Source: Macrostomum lignano
Lineage: Eukaryota
Length of the DNA: 45,758 nucleotides
Direction of reading: 5' to 3'
Assembly: GCA_002269645.1 (NCBI GenBank)
Contig: NIVC01004444.1
Location: forward strand, 1 to 45,758
A program made the translations under genes and the position numbers. Under the pieces are notes generated by a model. The model had not been told where the DNA came from and ran no database searches. It saw only the letters and a program-made list of their open reading frames with translations. Shown here in pieces: positions 23,994 to 34,776 of this stretch; position 1 is the first letter of the stretch, and the number at the start of each line of letters is the position of its first letter.

Positions 23994-24408
23994 TCACCCT
24001 GAGCAGCCCACAGTTGTCTTTTGTCTGAGAAGGCAGTCAGAGTAAAGTTTTGTGGAGAAACCACTGGTTAAACCAAACGGGACCTGTGTGAGAAACAAGA
24101 ATTCTTGATAGCTTCTCAACTGTCGTTCTGAGTAGTTTGCCAAGCAATCAGTGATTGTGTCAAATTCTGCATAATCGCACAGCTGTTGCGCTTTAAACAA
24201 CTCGAACAGCGCCCTGTAACCCTGCCCCCAGTGAGCAGTGCTCGATCTATACTGCTGGAAATTTCTGTCATGAACTAGCCTCGGCAGGTATGAATGTAGT
24301 GCAGGCGCACCTGAGGTAATGGAAAACTGTAAAAATAGAATAGAAGTACTTGAAAAAAGAGACATTGTGCAAGAGCCACAGATACTAGGTGAAACATACC
24401 CTTCGCAT
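23994..24408 (-). CDS. Possible coding exons of an unidentified gene, convergent with the DUSP
   Basis: ATG CGA AGG|GTATGT at 24408-24400, a 73-bp intron ending TTTTTACAG, then the open frame FSITSGAPALHSYLPRLVHDRNFQQYRSSTAHWGQGYRALFELFKAQQLCDY... No family recognised; downstream exons unresolved. Confidence 0.3.
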
Positions 24409-25339
24409 TCCGTGTATGTTACTTGTAGTAGAAATGCGGCGCTGTTCTGTTTAAAAGTAGGCGAGTTTATTTAATAGACAAGCTGAACAGAAATCAAATT
24501 TGAACTGCGAGGACGAATTTCGCCGTTGCGTCAACCAGTAGGGAAGCGGATCGCCTCTGCGGCTTGTGTGAGAGCTGCGCAATCATTGGAGACTGGCGCC
24601 CTAGCTGCATCGCCGGCACGAGCTACTCTCCATCATCAGCTCTGGTCAGCCAGCCATAGAGATTAGCAATCAGGCTGGGCAAACAAATCGCGGTCGTGGC
24701 GCCGGACACTGCGCAAACACACCGGTCTAGGTCAGGCCGCCTCGTCTCAAGGGGCTCAAATTTGCTCCCGGAAGGAGCTCGGGGGGGGGGGCGGCGAGGA
24801 GGCTGCAGCGATCCACCCGATGTCCAGCGGTGGATTTCTGACCCTGAAATTTGTCCTAAGTTAAGATCGAGACAGCCGCCCACTCTGTTTCATGCGGGAG
24901 TTCCCAGCTTCCCAGAATGCAGGCGGATATTTTTGCTGCTGAGACACCGGCAATATTTGCACCCCATCAGCCTCTCCTCAGTAGGAAGTGCAGCCGGATC
25001 AAATGAGAGGGGAGCGGCGTATCGGAGCCGAAACCTGAGCTCCGTGTCTACTCACTTCTTTTTCTACTTCACCTTCAAGCTGCTTTCCAGCTATCTGCTC
25101 AGCCACTTGCCCTCTCCCTCACCAGCTGCTTCTCATCCCTATCTGCGATTGGCTGCGGCAGCAAATTGACTCTGCGATGCACATGGGAGGAGGAGGCGGA
25201 GGAGGCGGACGGACTGCGATGCAGGGAAAAGCTCTCGAGCCGGGACTAAGCTGCTCGAGCTTGAGTTTCAGCTGAGGTGTAATTAGCCACATCCAGCAGC
25301 TAGAAACGGAACTCCGAGTAGCATTGAGCGAAATCTGTC

Positions 25340-28300
25340 ATGCAGCGTCAAGACATCGCAATCGTGGTCCTCTGCTCGCTCCTCGGCTTTTTTGTCTGCG
25401 CTGGGATCCTCGCCTTTTTCTGCTGGCGTCGGCGAATTACTTCGAAGTTCGGGCCGCTGCTCTGCAAGGAGTCTGGCCGAGCTGACAGCAGCGGCTGTGG
25501 TGCCAGCGGTCGCAGCGGAGGCGGGGGCTATCGGACTTTCTACTCGTGGCGGCGCCGCTCGCTCTCGGGCAGCACCGAGACGGAGGGTCTCTCGGAAGGG
25601 GCAGCTGGCGTTCCTTCGAGCTCGGCGACGACGGAATCCCCGCTGCATCTGACGGCAGGGCGAAGCAACGAGTGCCCAGCGACGCTGTCTGGCGAAGGTG
25701 CCATGAGGTACCTGCGCCGTCAGCGCCGCTCTTCGTCCTTCAACGATCTGCACCGGCCAACGGATGGCGACGCTCGCAGCGAGGAAGCTGCTTGGGCCGA
25801 GTTCGGCCTCGACCCGGCGCTGTACTTGTCCGACGAGGCCGCGCACGAGACGTCCCTGGGCAAGCTGTGCGTCTGCCTGGACTGGCTGCCCGCCAGGGCG
25901 CTGCTGATCGTCACCGTGGTGAGCGCTCGCTGCCTCGTGCGTTGCACGCCGCGCAACACCGGATTTTTCTACGTGACCCTCCGGCTGAGCGGGCCTCACG
26001 GCGACGGTCACAAGCGCAGCACCCACGCTGTCTGCGCCGCCTGCAACCCCCGTTTCGACAGGCAGTTCAGCCTCCCCTGCCAGCCGGACCAGCTGAGCCA
26101 GGCCGGTCTGCTTCTCAAAGTCAAGGAGAAAGTTACGGTGGGCAAGCCTCGCCTAATCGGAAGCTGTATCCTGCAGCTGGGCTCCCTCGGTGACCTCACG
26201 CGAAAGGAGATTTGGCGAGACCTGCAGCCGGAGGTGAGCCCCCAGTCCCCATACGTCTCTCTTATCTTCTCATCCCAGTTTCGCATCCCCAGTCGAAAAA
26301 GCCCCTGCTGTAATTTTTTATCCTCTGCTAACTCACGAGTCGCGAGTTGCCGCCTCAGCTGCTCCCCTCAGTCTGCACTTTAAAGCGTTTCAAAAAATCT
26401 TTTTTACAGGTCTGGCATCGGGCAGAAAGCAGGGGTAAAAAGGTGAGGAACTGCTGGATGGGGAAGCCAAACTGAAGCAGAAGCCGCGAGTAGCCTCAGG
26501 CGGAAAGTTACCCCCCTCCTGCCGGCCCCGCCCCCCCCCCCGATGGATCGTACGCGTTGCAGCAGTCAACTACTCTGTCCTGCATCCCCTTTCATTTATG
26601 AATTCGCAGAGGAGGCTCGGCAGGGGATTTCGTGACTGAATGAGCTGAATGGGAGGCGAAAGCCGGCATTAAAAGGAAAGAGCGGGGTGGATTCCTGACG
26701 AACTGAAGAACAAATGGAGTGGGCGGATCCACGACTCCGAGAACGGGCTTGAGCGGGGGGCACCGCCTCTCTGCGCCCCCAAGAGCGGTTTGGGAAAAAA
26801 CGAAAATCGATGCTGCTCTCAGCCCGCCTTTGTCTCAAAGGGCGTTCACTCATCGCACAGGTGCTTTGCCAGCGGCCTCTGATCGCCTTTGATTGTCGCT
26901 TTACGGTCAATCACTGCTGAAAGGCTATTTTCATCGTTAGACATTTTCACGAATAGTTCATTACTTTGAAACGGCCGTACAAGGGAACAGGGGGTGGCTT
27001 CGAAATTCAGGACGCTAAGCCTCACGTGGGATGAGGGGCTTTTGGACGTCAAAAAATCCGCAATCTGTATGGAACTAACTGGGCTGCATAATTTCACTGC
27101 GGCACTTGACAGTTCAGCGGCCTAATTTTCCCTGCTAATGGGTGGCCATGTTTTTCGTAGATAAGAGCTGCTTGCTTGCTCAAAGAGGAAATTTTTCTGT
27201 TTTGCCTGGGGAATTTTTAATTACTGAGCTCTGCTGGCTGAGCTCATCCGATGCATCTTTTTACAGAGTCAGATTTCGAGGCGTCCCAGGCGCGGGGATT
27301 TTGGGACGCTGTTATGTCCGTGATTTGTTTCTGCCCACATCTGTAGCCTTATTGACATGCCTTCATTGGCAACATGCTCGCTCTCCGCTTCCACAGACAT
27401 GCCTGCGTGCTGCATCTCAGGTTTTGGTCTCTCTCACTCTCTCGTTGTCTTAGGACGCAGGGAGCAATATTTCTCTAGCCTCCCAAGCTTTTGTGCAAAT
27501 TTATCTTTAAAGACACGCGCAACTAATGCGGGACGTCGCCTTCCCGAAATCCCCTCAGCAACCGCCCAGCGGCCCTCCAGCGCGAATTCACATGTCCCTG
27601 AGCTACAGCGGATCGCGTCGCATTCTCCTGGTTGGTCTGCTCGAGTGCCGCGATCTCAAGGTCAAGGACACCGACTGTGAGTGATGATGGCAGCTGGGTT
27701 TTCCCAGTCTGGGCCGGTGTCGGTGCAGATTTATGCAGTCGGTTTCGAAAACAGTATCGCAATATTTGAGCTGGCAGTCACAAAGCATTTGGCTCTGGCG
27801 ACTCAGCCAAGCGAAATGGCGGGAAGTGAGCTCGCCCATTGCGCTTGGTCCAGCCGACTAGAAAAAGTCCTGTCACTACCCAACCCCAGCTCATAAACAA
27901 TGACTCGAGCTTTGATTAAGGAAGGCGGTCCGTCAGGAGATCCCAGACTAGGGAAAGGGACGTGAGCGCATCCGCTTCGCATATCCTGGAAAACTGAAGC
28001 TTACTCACGTGGGCAAAATAGCGGGCACAGAAGATATTTTGCTGCAACAGAACGCCTCTATAAATTTGCATCCCGCAGCGGCCGTGTACCTCAGGGCCAG
28101 CATCATGGCCAAGGAGCGGACTGTCAAGACAAAGAAGACCCCGCTAATTAAAGAGGCCCTGGCCAGCCCCAGCATTCGAGAGGAGCTCGCCTTCCAACTG
28201 GCACAGGACGTCACGGATGAAGTCTACTTGTTCGTGCTGATCTGCGCCAAATCGAAGCGAGGCTCGCACCGCCTGCTCGGCAAGACGGTGGTCGGGCCCG

Positions 28301-28392
28301 TCCGCTACGCCGAGGGCAGCGGCGTCGACCAGTGGAACGACTGCTTCCGCAACCAGCCGAGCATCGTTTACCAGTGGCACGACGTCTACTGA
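25340..28392 (+). CDS. Synaptotagmin-like protein (N-terminal TM + C2A + C2B), probably Ca2+-independent; 452 aa
   Basis: Exons 25340-26233, 26410-26442 (33-nt micro-exon), 27559-27676 and 28079-28392, all GT-AG and phase-consistent. TM segment IAIVVLCSLLGFFVCAGILAFFCW. C2A includes LLIVTVVSARCL...NPRFDRQFSL...LIGSCIL. C2B includes SLSYSGSRRILLVGLLECRDL and ends WHDVY*. The acidic Ca2+-ligand loops appear absent. Confidence 0.88.
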
Positions 28393-29207
28393 GGGCCTGC
28401 ACAAGGCGTCCGGAAGAAAATGTACTAGCAAATTTCCTTAGAAAGATTTACTAAAATTATTGATGTCGTGCGTCCCTCCAGCTGCAGAGAACTGTGAAAT
28501 AATCGGGTCTGCGCGTCTTGAATCGAAAAAATAAATTTGCACAGGCCGCTTTGGATCTAAGTCGGAATTTTTCATGCTCCCAGGGGATCTGAGAAAATTA
28601 TTAGAGAAAATAGAGGGCGGAGCGATGGGTCCGTCTGGCGCTCATCTATTTTATGTCCTGGCAGAGCCGTGTTACGATGCGCCTTCTTCCTGGTTAATAA
28701 TTGAAGTTTCGTGACCTTAGAGACAGACAGCTAGCTGCATCTGTGCGCCTGCGGCCCTCCGAGGCAGAAATGCGCGGGCATGCGCCGGGGCAATTCAACG
28801 GCTCGGCCACGCTGACCATGGCACTTGGCTACAGTAATTAGTAGCCTATCGAGCCTTTGCGAATCCGGGGCGCTTTTCAATCACTGTGACCGGTCAGTTC
28901 CGACCAAGCACGCGTGTGCAGACATGCATGCAGAGTTCCATTTTTAATCTGACGTTATTCTTTGCCTGAATCTGTATAATTAATAAAAGCAGAATGGCGC
29001 TTGACATCAAGCAGCATTGCTACTCAATATCTCACGCGTGCATCTTTTCAAAAGTATATTCCATAGCATCCCTCACTCCGTTAGGTGTTGGTAATGCCAG
29101 ACAGGGCCTGTCTCGAGCGGCAGAACTAAAGTGTGCAAAATAATAATTGAAAAGGCAAGGAAAGTAAAGTGCACAGTGCATACTGCATGAGTAAGCAAAG
29201 CTGATTC

Positions 29208-30551
29208 TCAAGAGTCTGGGAGCTTGTCCACCTCAATATTCTTGATTTTGTTGTTCTTCAACCAACCCTCGAAGTAGTAGCCTTCCTCAGTGACTCCTCT
29301 CTGCTGAAACCAGTCTTTGTCACCGCGCATATACTTCAGCGTAATCGCGCCAAAATCGGTTTGGCCTTTGGCGAATTTCTGTGAGAGTTTTAAGGAAAAA
29401 AACCAGAATGAGCAGTGTAACAATTAAGCTAAATTACATATTACAATTACATTACTGTTGTGAATCAATCTGGCTGGGTTGAAACGCTCTACATTTGTCC
29501 GCCGCACTGTCTATGGTCAAAACAAAGTTCAGCCCTCCATCAGCCAGTCTACATCAATACGTATATCATAGATCTGCACTCGACCATAGACAATAAAACT
29601 AATCAACTGTGGAAGCTCGCATCCAATCTGCACTCTCACAGACTGCAAGTCAAGCAAACTGGTTGAGGCTCTTCTCTGTGGTTTAAAGACAATCAAGTAG
29701 AGAATTTCAAAGCAAGTATTCCGACCACAGACCTTGATTTTTTACACCTGGGGCCTATTTCATAAAGCACTTGTAGGACAAATTACAAGTGCCAAGGGAC
29801 AATTCCGCAAAATAATGCGTTTCATAAAAACAAGCTACAACTTGACAAATCGACAAGTTACAAGTGACAAGTGACAAGCGAAATTTGACAAATACAATCG
29901 CTTCTTCAGGGGTTTCGTCGATAGACATGCACAAAGCTGGATGCTTCTGTGTGAAAGTACTTCCTCTTGTCTTGTGTTTTTGACAAGTCGCTGTGACACT
30001 TGTAGCTTTATTAAAACTGTGTATTAAAGTCCAAGAAAAACGCAGAGGCCGTTTTTAAATCAAGTCTGTCTAAAACACAGATCCTAAAATTGTGGTAGGT
30101 GGTCTAAAGGCTGGACCGATTTCATATGGTGTCTCAACCATAGATAAAATTGAGCTGTTTTTAACCCGAGTGAGGACCTATGTTGTCATTTGTCGACTTG
30201 TCACTTGTGACTTGTAGCTTTTTTATGAAATCGGCCCCTGGTGCTAATTTTCAATGGAATTATCCACTTGATTTTACTGCAATGCTACGAGCTCTGCTAT
30301 ACCCATCCTCAGATGAATTTTTAGTTTACTCAAACTCGGTTCTAAACGTGGCACCGGAAAGTCACACGAAAGCTTACGGAGTTGCAGGCTTGGCACTCCA
30401 CTACATATGAGTAATCGTACTGGAAAGGATCGTAGCAGCCGTCCTTCATCATGTAGAGTCGCACCTGATCCTCGGGATGAGAACATTTGGCTGACGGCGG
30501 CGGACTTGGCTGAGAGTCTGACTTCATGCTGATCTGGTATTGGCGATACAT
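29208..30551 (-). CDS. Small two-exon gene of unrecognised family (paralog A), 114 aa, with C-x-H...CxxC
   Basis: Exon 1 (30551-30378) ends ECQACNS|GTAAGC; exon 2 (29378-29208) follows a CTCTCACAG acceptor; phase 0. About 58% identical to paralog B by manual alignment, with many synonymous differences. Confidence 0.85.
29751..30237. mobile_element. PIF/Harbinger-type MITE in the intron of paralog A
   Basis: 16-bp TIR GGGCC(T/G)ATTTCATAAA, 3-bp TSD CTG (29748-29750 and 30238-30240), and subterminal ACAAGT repeats in inverted orientation at both ends. Confidence 0.85.
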
Positions 30552-31884
30552 TTTTGATGAGCCACGGTGAGAAAGTGCTGCAAAATGTTCAACTATGCTC
30601 TCGGTGCACTGCTGCCTGGACTATACAATGCTCTTATAAAGCTGCTACATTGCCTTCACCCAACAGATAGGCTATATGTATTCAAGTGTACTCTGGGCTA
30701 GATTTAGGAAACTGTACAGTAGGCAGCGCTGCGTAGACAACAATAAGGTTGGGGGGGTTAAACTTGTACAGGTAGCTATGACTACAGCTTTCTCAGGTGT
30801 CCACAGCGCGTCCAATTACTTGCACTAAAAGCAGGGAGAGTGGAACCCACTTAAAGAGCTGTGTCTGGGTCCGAGTGTGCTAGAGGGGAAGATTTTGAAG
30901 AGCTCATAATGCGTCGGTGTTCTACGTAGTGCTCTGCGTATGTGCTGATGGCAATTCGCCCGGCTGCTGTGTGCCATGCTGGCACGGCTGCAAGGCTGTG
31001 ACTGCTCTTAAAGTGCTATTTGGGCATCTATGAGCGCCCCGGGGGTCTTGTCTTGGGGTGTAAAGTTCTTGGGGTGTAAAGTTATACCACGTAGATTGAT
31101 TTGGCGCGCAAGATGATTGGCTGTTGGGTGAGAGGGTGTACATTGCACATGTGAAAGGACATGTTAGCAGTGAATAGCGATATATTTATATTTCACCGAA
31201 ACCAATCATAGCATTTATAACGCGGAGAAATTCAAGACTCCGGCAGCTTATCGACTTCATCGTAGTGGATTTTGTACTCCTCCAGCCAGGCCATGAAGAA
31301 GTAGTCATTGAAGGTGACGCCCCGCTGCTGAAACCAGTCCTGCTCGCCGCGAATCAGCCGCAGGTAAATGCCGCCGTTGTCTGACGGGCCTCTGGCGAAA
31401 GTCTGCGCGAATTGACAGAAAGAGTGAGAGGGCTTGAGTCGGATTCAGGGACCGTAAGGAGTGCTTCATTTTAAGGGCGAATTATGAAAAATCAGCCGGT
31501 TTAACTACGAGCAGTTGAACCCACTTTATTAACTGGACGGCAGGGCCCGAGCGGAAGCCAAATTTTCTTCAACTTCTTCAACAACTGATTAGTGCCAGCT
31601 TCCTCTTATAGCTAAGTGTAGTTCTTGGTTGGAATCAAACTTGAGCACTTTTTTATACGTGATTTGAGAGGTCCTAATTAAGCTAGCTGCTCAAATGGGG
31701 TGAACAGGGCGTTGCCATGAATTTAATGGTGGGGGAACAAGGCCAACAATTCATAGCAAACATATTTGTCCATGACAATTTTACTCGAATAAGGTAACTT
31801 ATAAAACTGAAGAAGGAATTGGTTCGTAAGAAAATGTGCTTTTTAAATTGTTTTATATGAATATTTTTGCTCCTTGCCTATCGC

Positions 31885-31913
31885 GCCCCCGAAGGGGGGC
31901 ACTAGATTGCTAG
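31885..31913 (+). mobile_element. Orphan Helitron 3' terminus (hairpin + CTAG)
   Basis: GCCCCCGAAGGGGGGC-ACTAGATTG-CTAG|T, closely matching the 3' end of the large Helitron at 43284-43312. The 5' end was not located. Confidence 0.65.
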
Positions 31914-31974
31914 TACGCTCGTACATGATTAAATTCATACACGTCCATTATTTTAAGAATCGGTGTTGTCAGTG

Positions 31975-32380
31975 ATCATTTTAGCGCCACAGACACTCAT
32001 TTTAGCGCCGCAGGCACTCATTTTGGCGCCGCAGGCACTCATTTTAGCGCCACAGACACTCATTTTGGCGCCGCAGGCACTCATTTTGGCGCCGCAGGCA
32101 CTCATTTTAGCGCCACAGACACTCATTTTGGCGCCGCAGGCACTCATTTTGGCGCCGCAGGCACTCATTTTAGCGCCACAGACACTCATTTTGGCGCCGC
32201 AGGCACTCATTTTAGCGCCACAGACACTCATTTTAGCGCCGCAGGCACTCATTTTAGCGCCACAGACACTCATTTTGGCGCCTCGGTCACTCATTTTAGC
32301 GCCACAGACACTCATTTTGGCGCCACAGACACTCATTTTGGCGCCGCAGGCACTTATCTCATTTTAGCGCCACAGGCACT
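31975..32380. repeat. Minisatellite, 21-bp unit CATTTT(A/G)GCGCC(A/G)CAG(A/G)CACT, about 19 copies
   Basis: Direct periodicity with two or three variant monomers, inside the hAT element. Confidence 0.95.
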
Positions 32381-34776
32381 CTATTTTTTCGCATTGAAGA
32401 AAAATTATTGATTTCCCCAACGGTTTACAAGGTGGAGTGGGGGGGACAAAGCATTGACATGTCCCCCAATAACTTTTACTGGGGGGGGGGGCATGCCCTC
32501 TATTACCCCCCGGTGGCGACGCCCCTGGTGGTGAAAACATCCAAGCCTCCTGAATGTGTGTCCAGAGGTCCTCAAAGACCCGTCGCTGGCCCACAATAGC
32601 CTACTGAAAGTCTTACGGCTCTGCAGAGTTGGCACTCGGCCACAAACGAATAGTCATACTAGCCGTGATCATAGCAGCCATCCTGCACCATGTGGAACCG
32701 CACTCGATCCTCGGGATGGGAGCCCTTTGTTGCTGGGGGACTTGGCCTCATGCAGCTGCGGCAGAGGCTTTCACGCTGTTCTGGTACTGTCATGGTCAGT
32801 GAGAAAAGTGTAAAATTATTGGGAGTGGGCAAGAATCAGCTCATGCACTGAGCCACTGAACGCACGGAGCTTTTTAGACCCCCCCCCATCTGCAGTGCTC
32901 ACCCCAGAGACAGGCAGTGTACTCAGCGCTTCTCAAGGCCAGATAATGAACAATACTGTACATTGCTGGCTTTCGCACTCTGAGTTGCAACAGTAGAAGG
33001 GATTGAAAGGAAAGCTCTTCTAGTAGCCATATGGTAGCCCCCTCCGACTCAGCGGCCCCTCCAAGCTCTCCACTTAGTTCTTTCTGAGTTAAGATAATCC
33101 ATGCAGTGCTTCATTATTCAGTCATAGAGAATTAATATATGATAATTGACAGCCAACTGAATTTTCGTAAGCATTGTGACAAAGAGAAAAAAACAGAAAA
33201 GATACTTTTGGTTTTGCTGTCATCTGGCTGCCGAAGATGCATAAAAATACCATCTGGCTCACTTTCAAATCGCATGCGCGACACAACGACACCTCCAAAC
33301 AGCTACAGAATGTCCATCAGGAATAGACACGAAGAAAATAATTGAACCATATGGCTTATAAATATAATGACATGTTGGGGGGGTTGTCGCTGACTATTGA
33401 CTGGCTTGCTATTAAACTTTGACTCACTTTGTGCGCTGCTTACCACGCCAAGCGTGCACCCCATCATGCGTACATCAATGCGTACATAACGTACTTCCTA
33501 TATACTAAAAATGAGTTGTCTGTATGTGGGTAGGTATGCGATAGATTTCAGAAAAAAAGGCTCAACCGATTTTCTTCAAACTTGCACCATTCGATCAGAA
33601 ATTTTCCTGGGACGGTACATGCATCTTGGCTAAGAAATTGCTCAATTTTAAAGGGATTAAATATTCGAAAAACATGCTTTTTTGCAAAGGTCAAGCAGCT
33701 CTTTCGACCTGAAATGCATTGTAAAAATGCTAGAGAAAAAACTGACTGACTGAATTCTGATTGTGATAAAGATTGCATAACAGCTGAATTGTACCTCCGC
33801 CTTGAATTGCGTCACAGTGTTGAAAACACTGTGTAGAAGCATATTACGAGACTTGATTTAGACTGCGTAACCATACTGACCGATTGAAAAATTGATTATG
33901 TCATAACTGCTTCGTGCTCATCTTATAGTGTAATTTTTGTTAAACATAAAAGAAGCGTCATGAAAAACCTAAAAAATGCTAGCGTCGAGGCTTACTAATT
34001 CAGAACCACAAGTGTCATAAAAATCGTAAAAGAAGTGTCATTTTAAGCATGAAAAGTTCCTGTAAAGCATAGAAGAAGCGCGAATATTCGAATAACACAC
34101 ATGCCTTTCTGCAAGGGTCAAGCAGAACTTCCTACTGTGAGCCATTCTGATTGGAATTAAACTTTGCAGCGCCCAGTAAAGTAGTATTTTTTGTCGCCAG
34201 GCTAGAGAACTATAAATGTACACTGCGAGAAAAGATTGTACATTATAAAATCTTCCCGTGCACAATTGACATACTAACTTTAAATGCTGGAGAGAGGGAG
34301 AGTGAGAGAGTGAAATACATGCACATATATACAGTATCTAATTGATTCACAATATACGAACCATGTTTGAGACTGACCCTCCAAAATGTAATAAAACCGT
34401 CTGATTATAAAAAAGTCCAAAAGTGCCACAGAGATAGATGTACATTGGCTACTGAGGCTTGCGCCTCCTTCAGAAAATTTATCTGAATCCTTTCACATAG
34501 GAGAGTTAGAGTTAGGTGTTTGAGAGAGAGTATTGAATAATAAAAAGAGTCCTGACCAATTAGCAGGCGGGTATTGGAGAGAATTTAGGCTTGCTGTACA
34601 CACTGACAGTCTAACAGTGTACAAATGGTGTCCAGCTTTTTGGGATTGGGTGGTTGCTGAGTTTAAAACGCGTGACATTATAGACTTCATACCTTTCTCT
34701 TTTCTCGCACACAACCCCTACTATCCTTTCTTTTCATTATAACTCAAAATTCTTATCTTTCAATTTGAATTCCAAT

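Larger units (their letters stand above)
8773..23996. promoter_or_regulatory. Dense set of AP-1 (TGA[C/G]TCA) sites upstream of, within and just downstream of the MAPK phosphatase gene
   Basis: At least 21 exact heptamers, starting at 8773, 9001, 9515, 9617, 10872, 11934, 12145, 12605, 13259, 13461, 13506, 16757, 17732, 18523, 20292, 20671, 21906, 22059, 23822, 23844 and 23990. About 2 are expected in 15 kb at uniform base composition. Confidence 0.6.
31705..32527. mobile_element. Non-autonomous hAT element in the intron of paralog B, carrying a 21-bp minisatellite and a Helitron 3' end
   Basis: TIR CAGGG(G)CGT(T/C)GCCA and an 8-bp TSD GGGGTGAA (31697-31704) / GTGGTGAA (32528-32535), one mismatch. 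Confidence 0.8.
31232..32793 (-). pseudogene. Paralog B of the unrecognised two-exon family, with an in-frame TAG at 32661-32659
   Basis: Exon 1 (32793-32617) reads MTVPEQ...SHPEDRVRFHMVQDGCYDHG*YDYSFVAECQLCRA|GTAAGA. Exon 2 (31402-31232) reads TFARGPSDNGGIYLRLIRGEQDWFQQRGVT...EVDKLPES*, the same 171-nt length as in paralog A. The stop aligns to CAG (Gln) in A. Confidence 0.8.

Noticed and set aside
31953-32367. MSACGAK / ILAPQAL heptad-repeat ORFs
   Set aside because: A 21-bp unit is automatically in frame. It lies in a MITE within an intron of another gene.
34533-34742. Protein-like 69-aa ORF upstream of the Helitron ATG (captured gene fragment?)
   Set aside because: It starts at TTG, has no recognisable motif or splice link to the Rep/helicase, and its length is compatible with chance.
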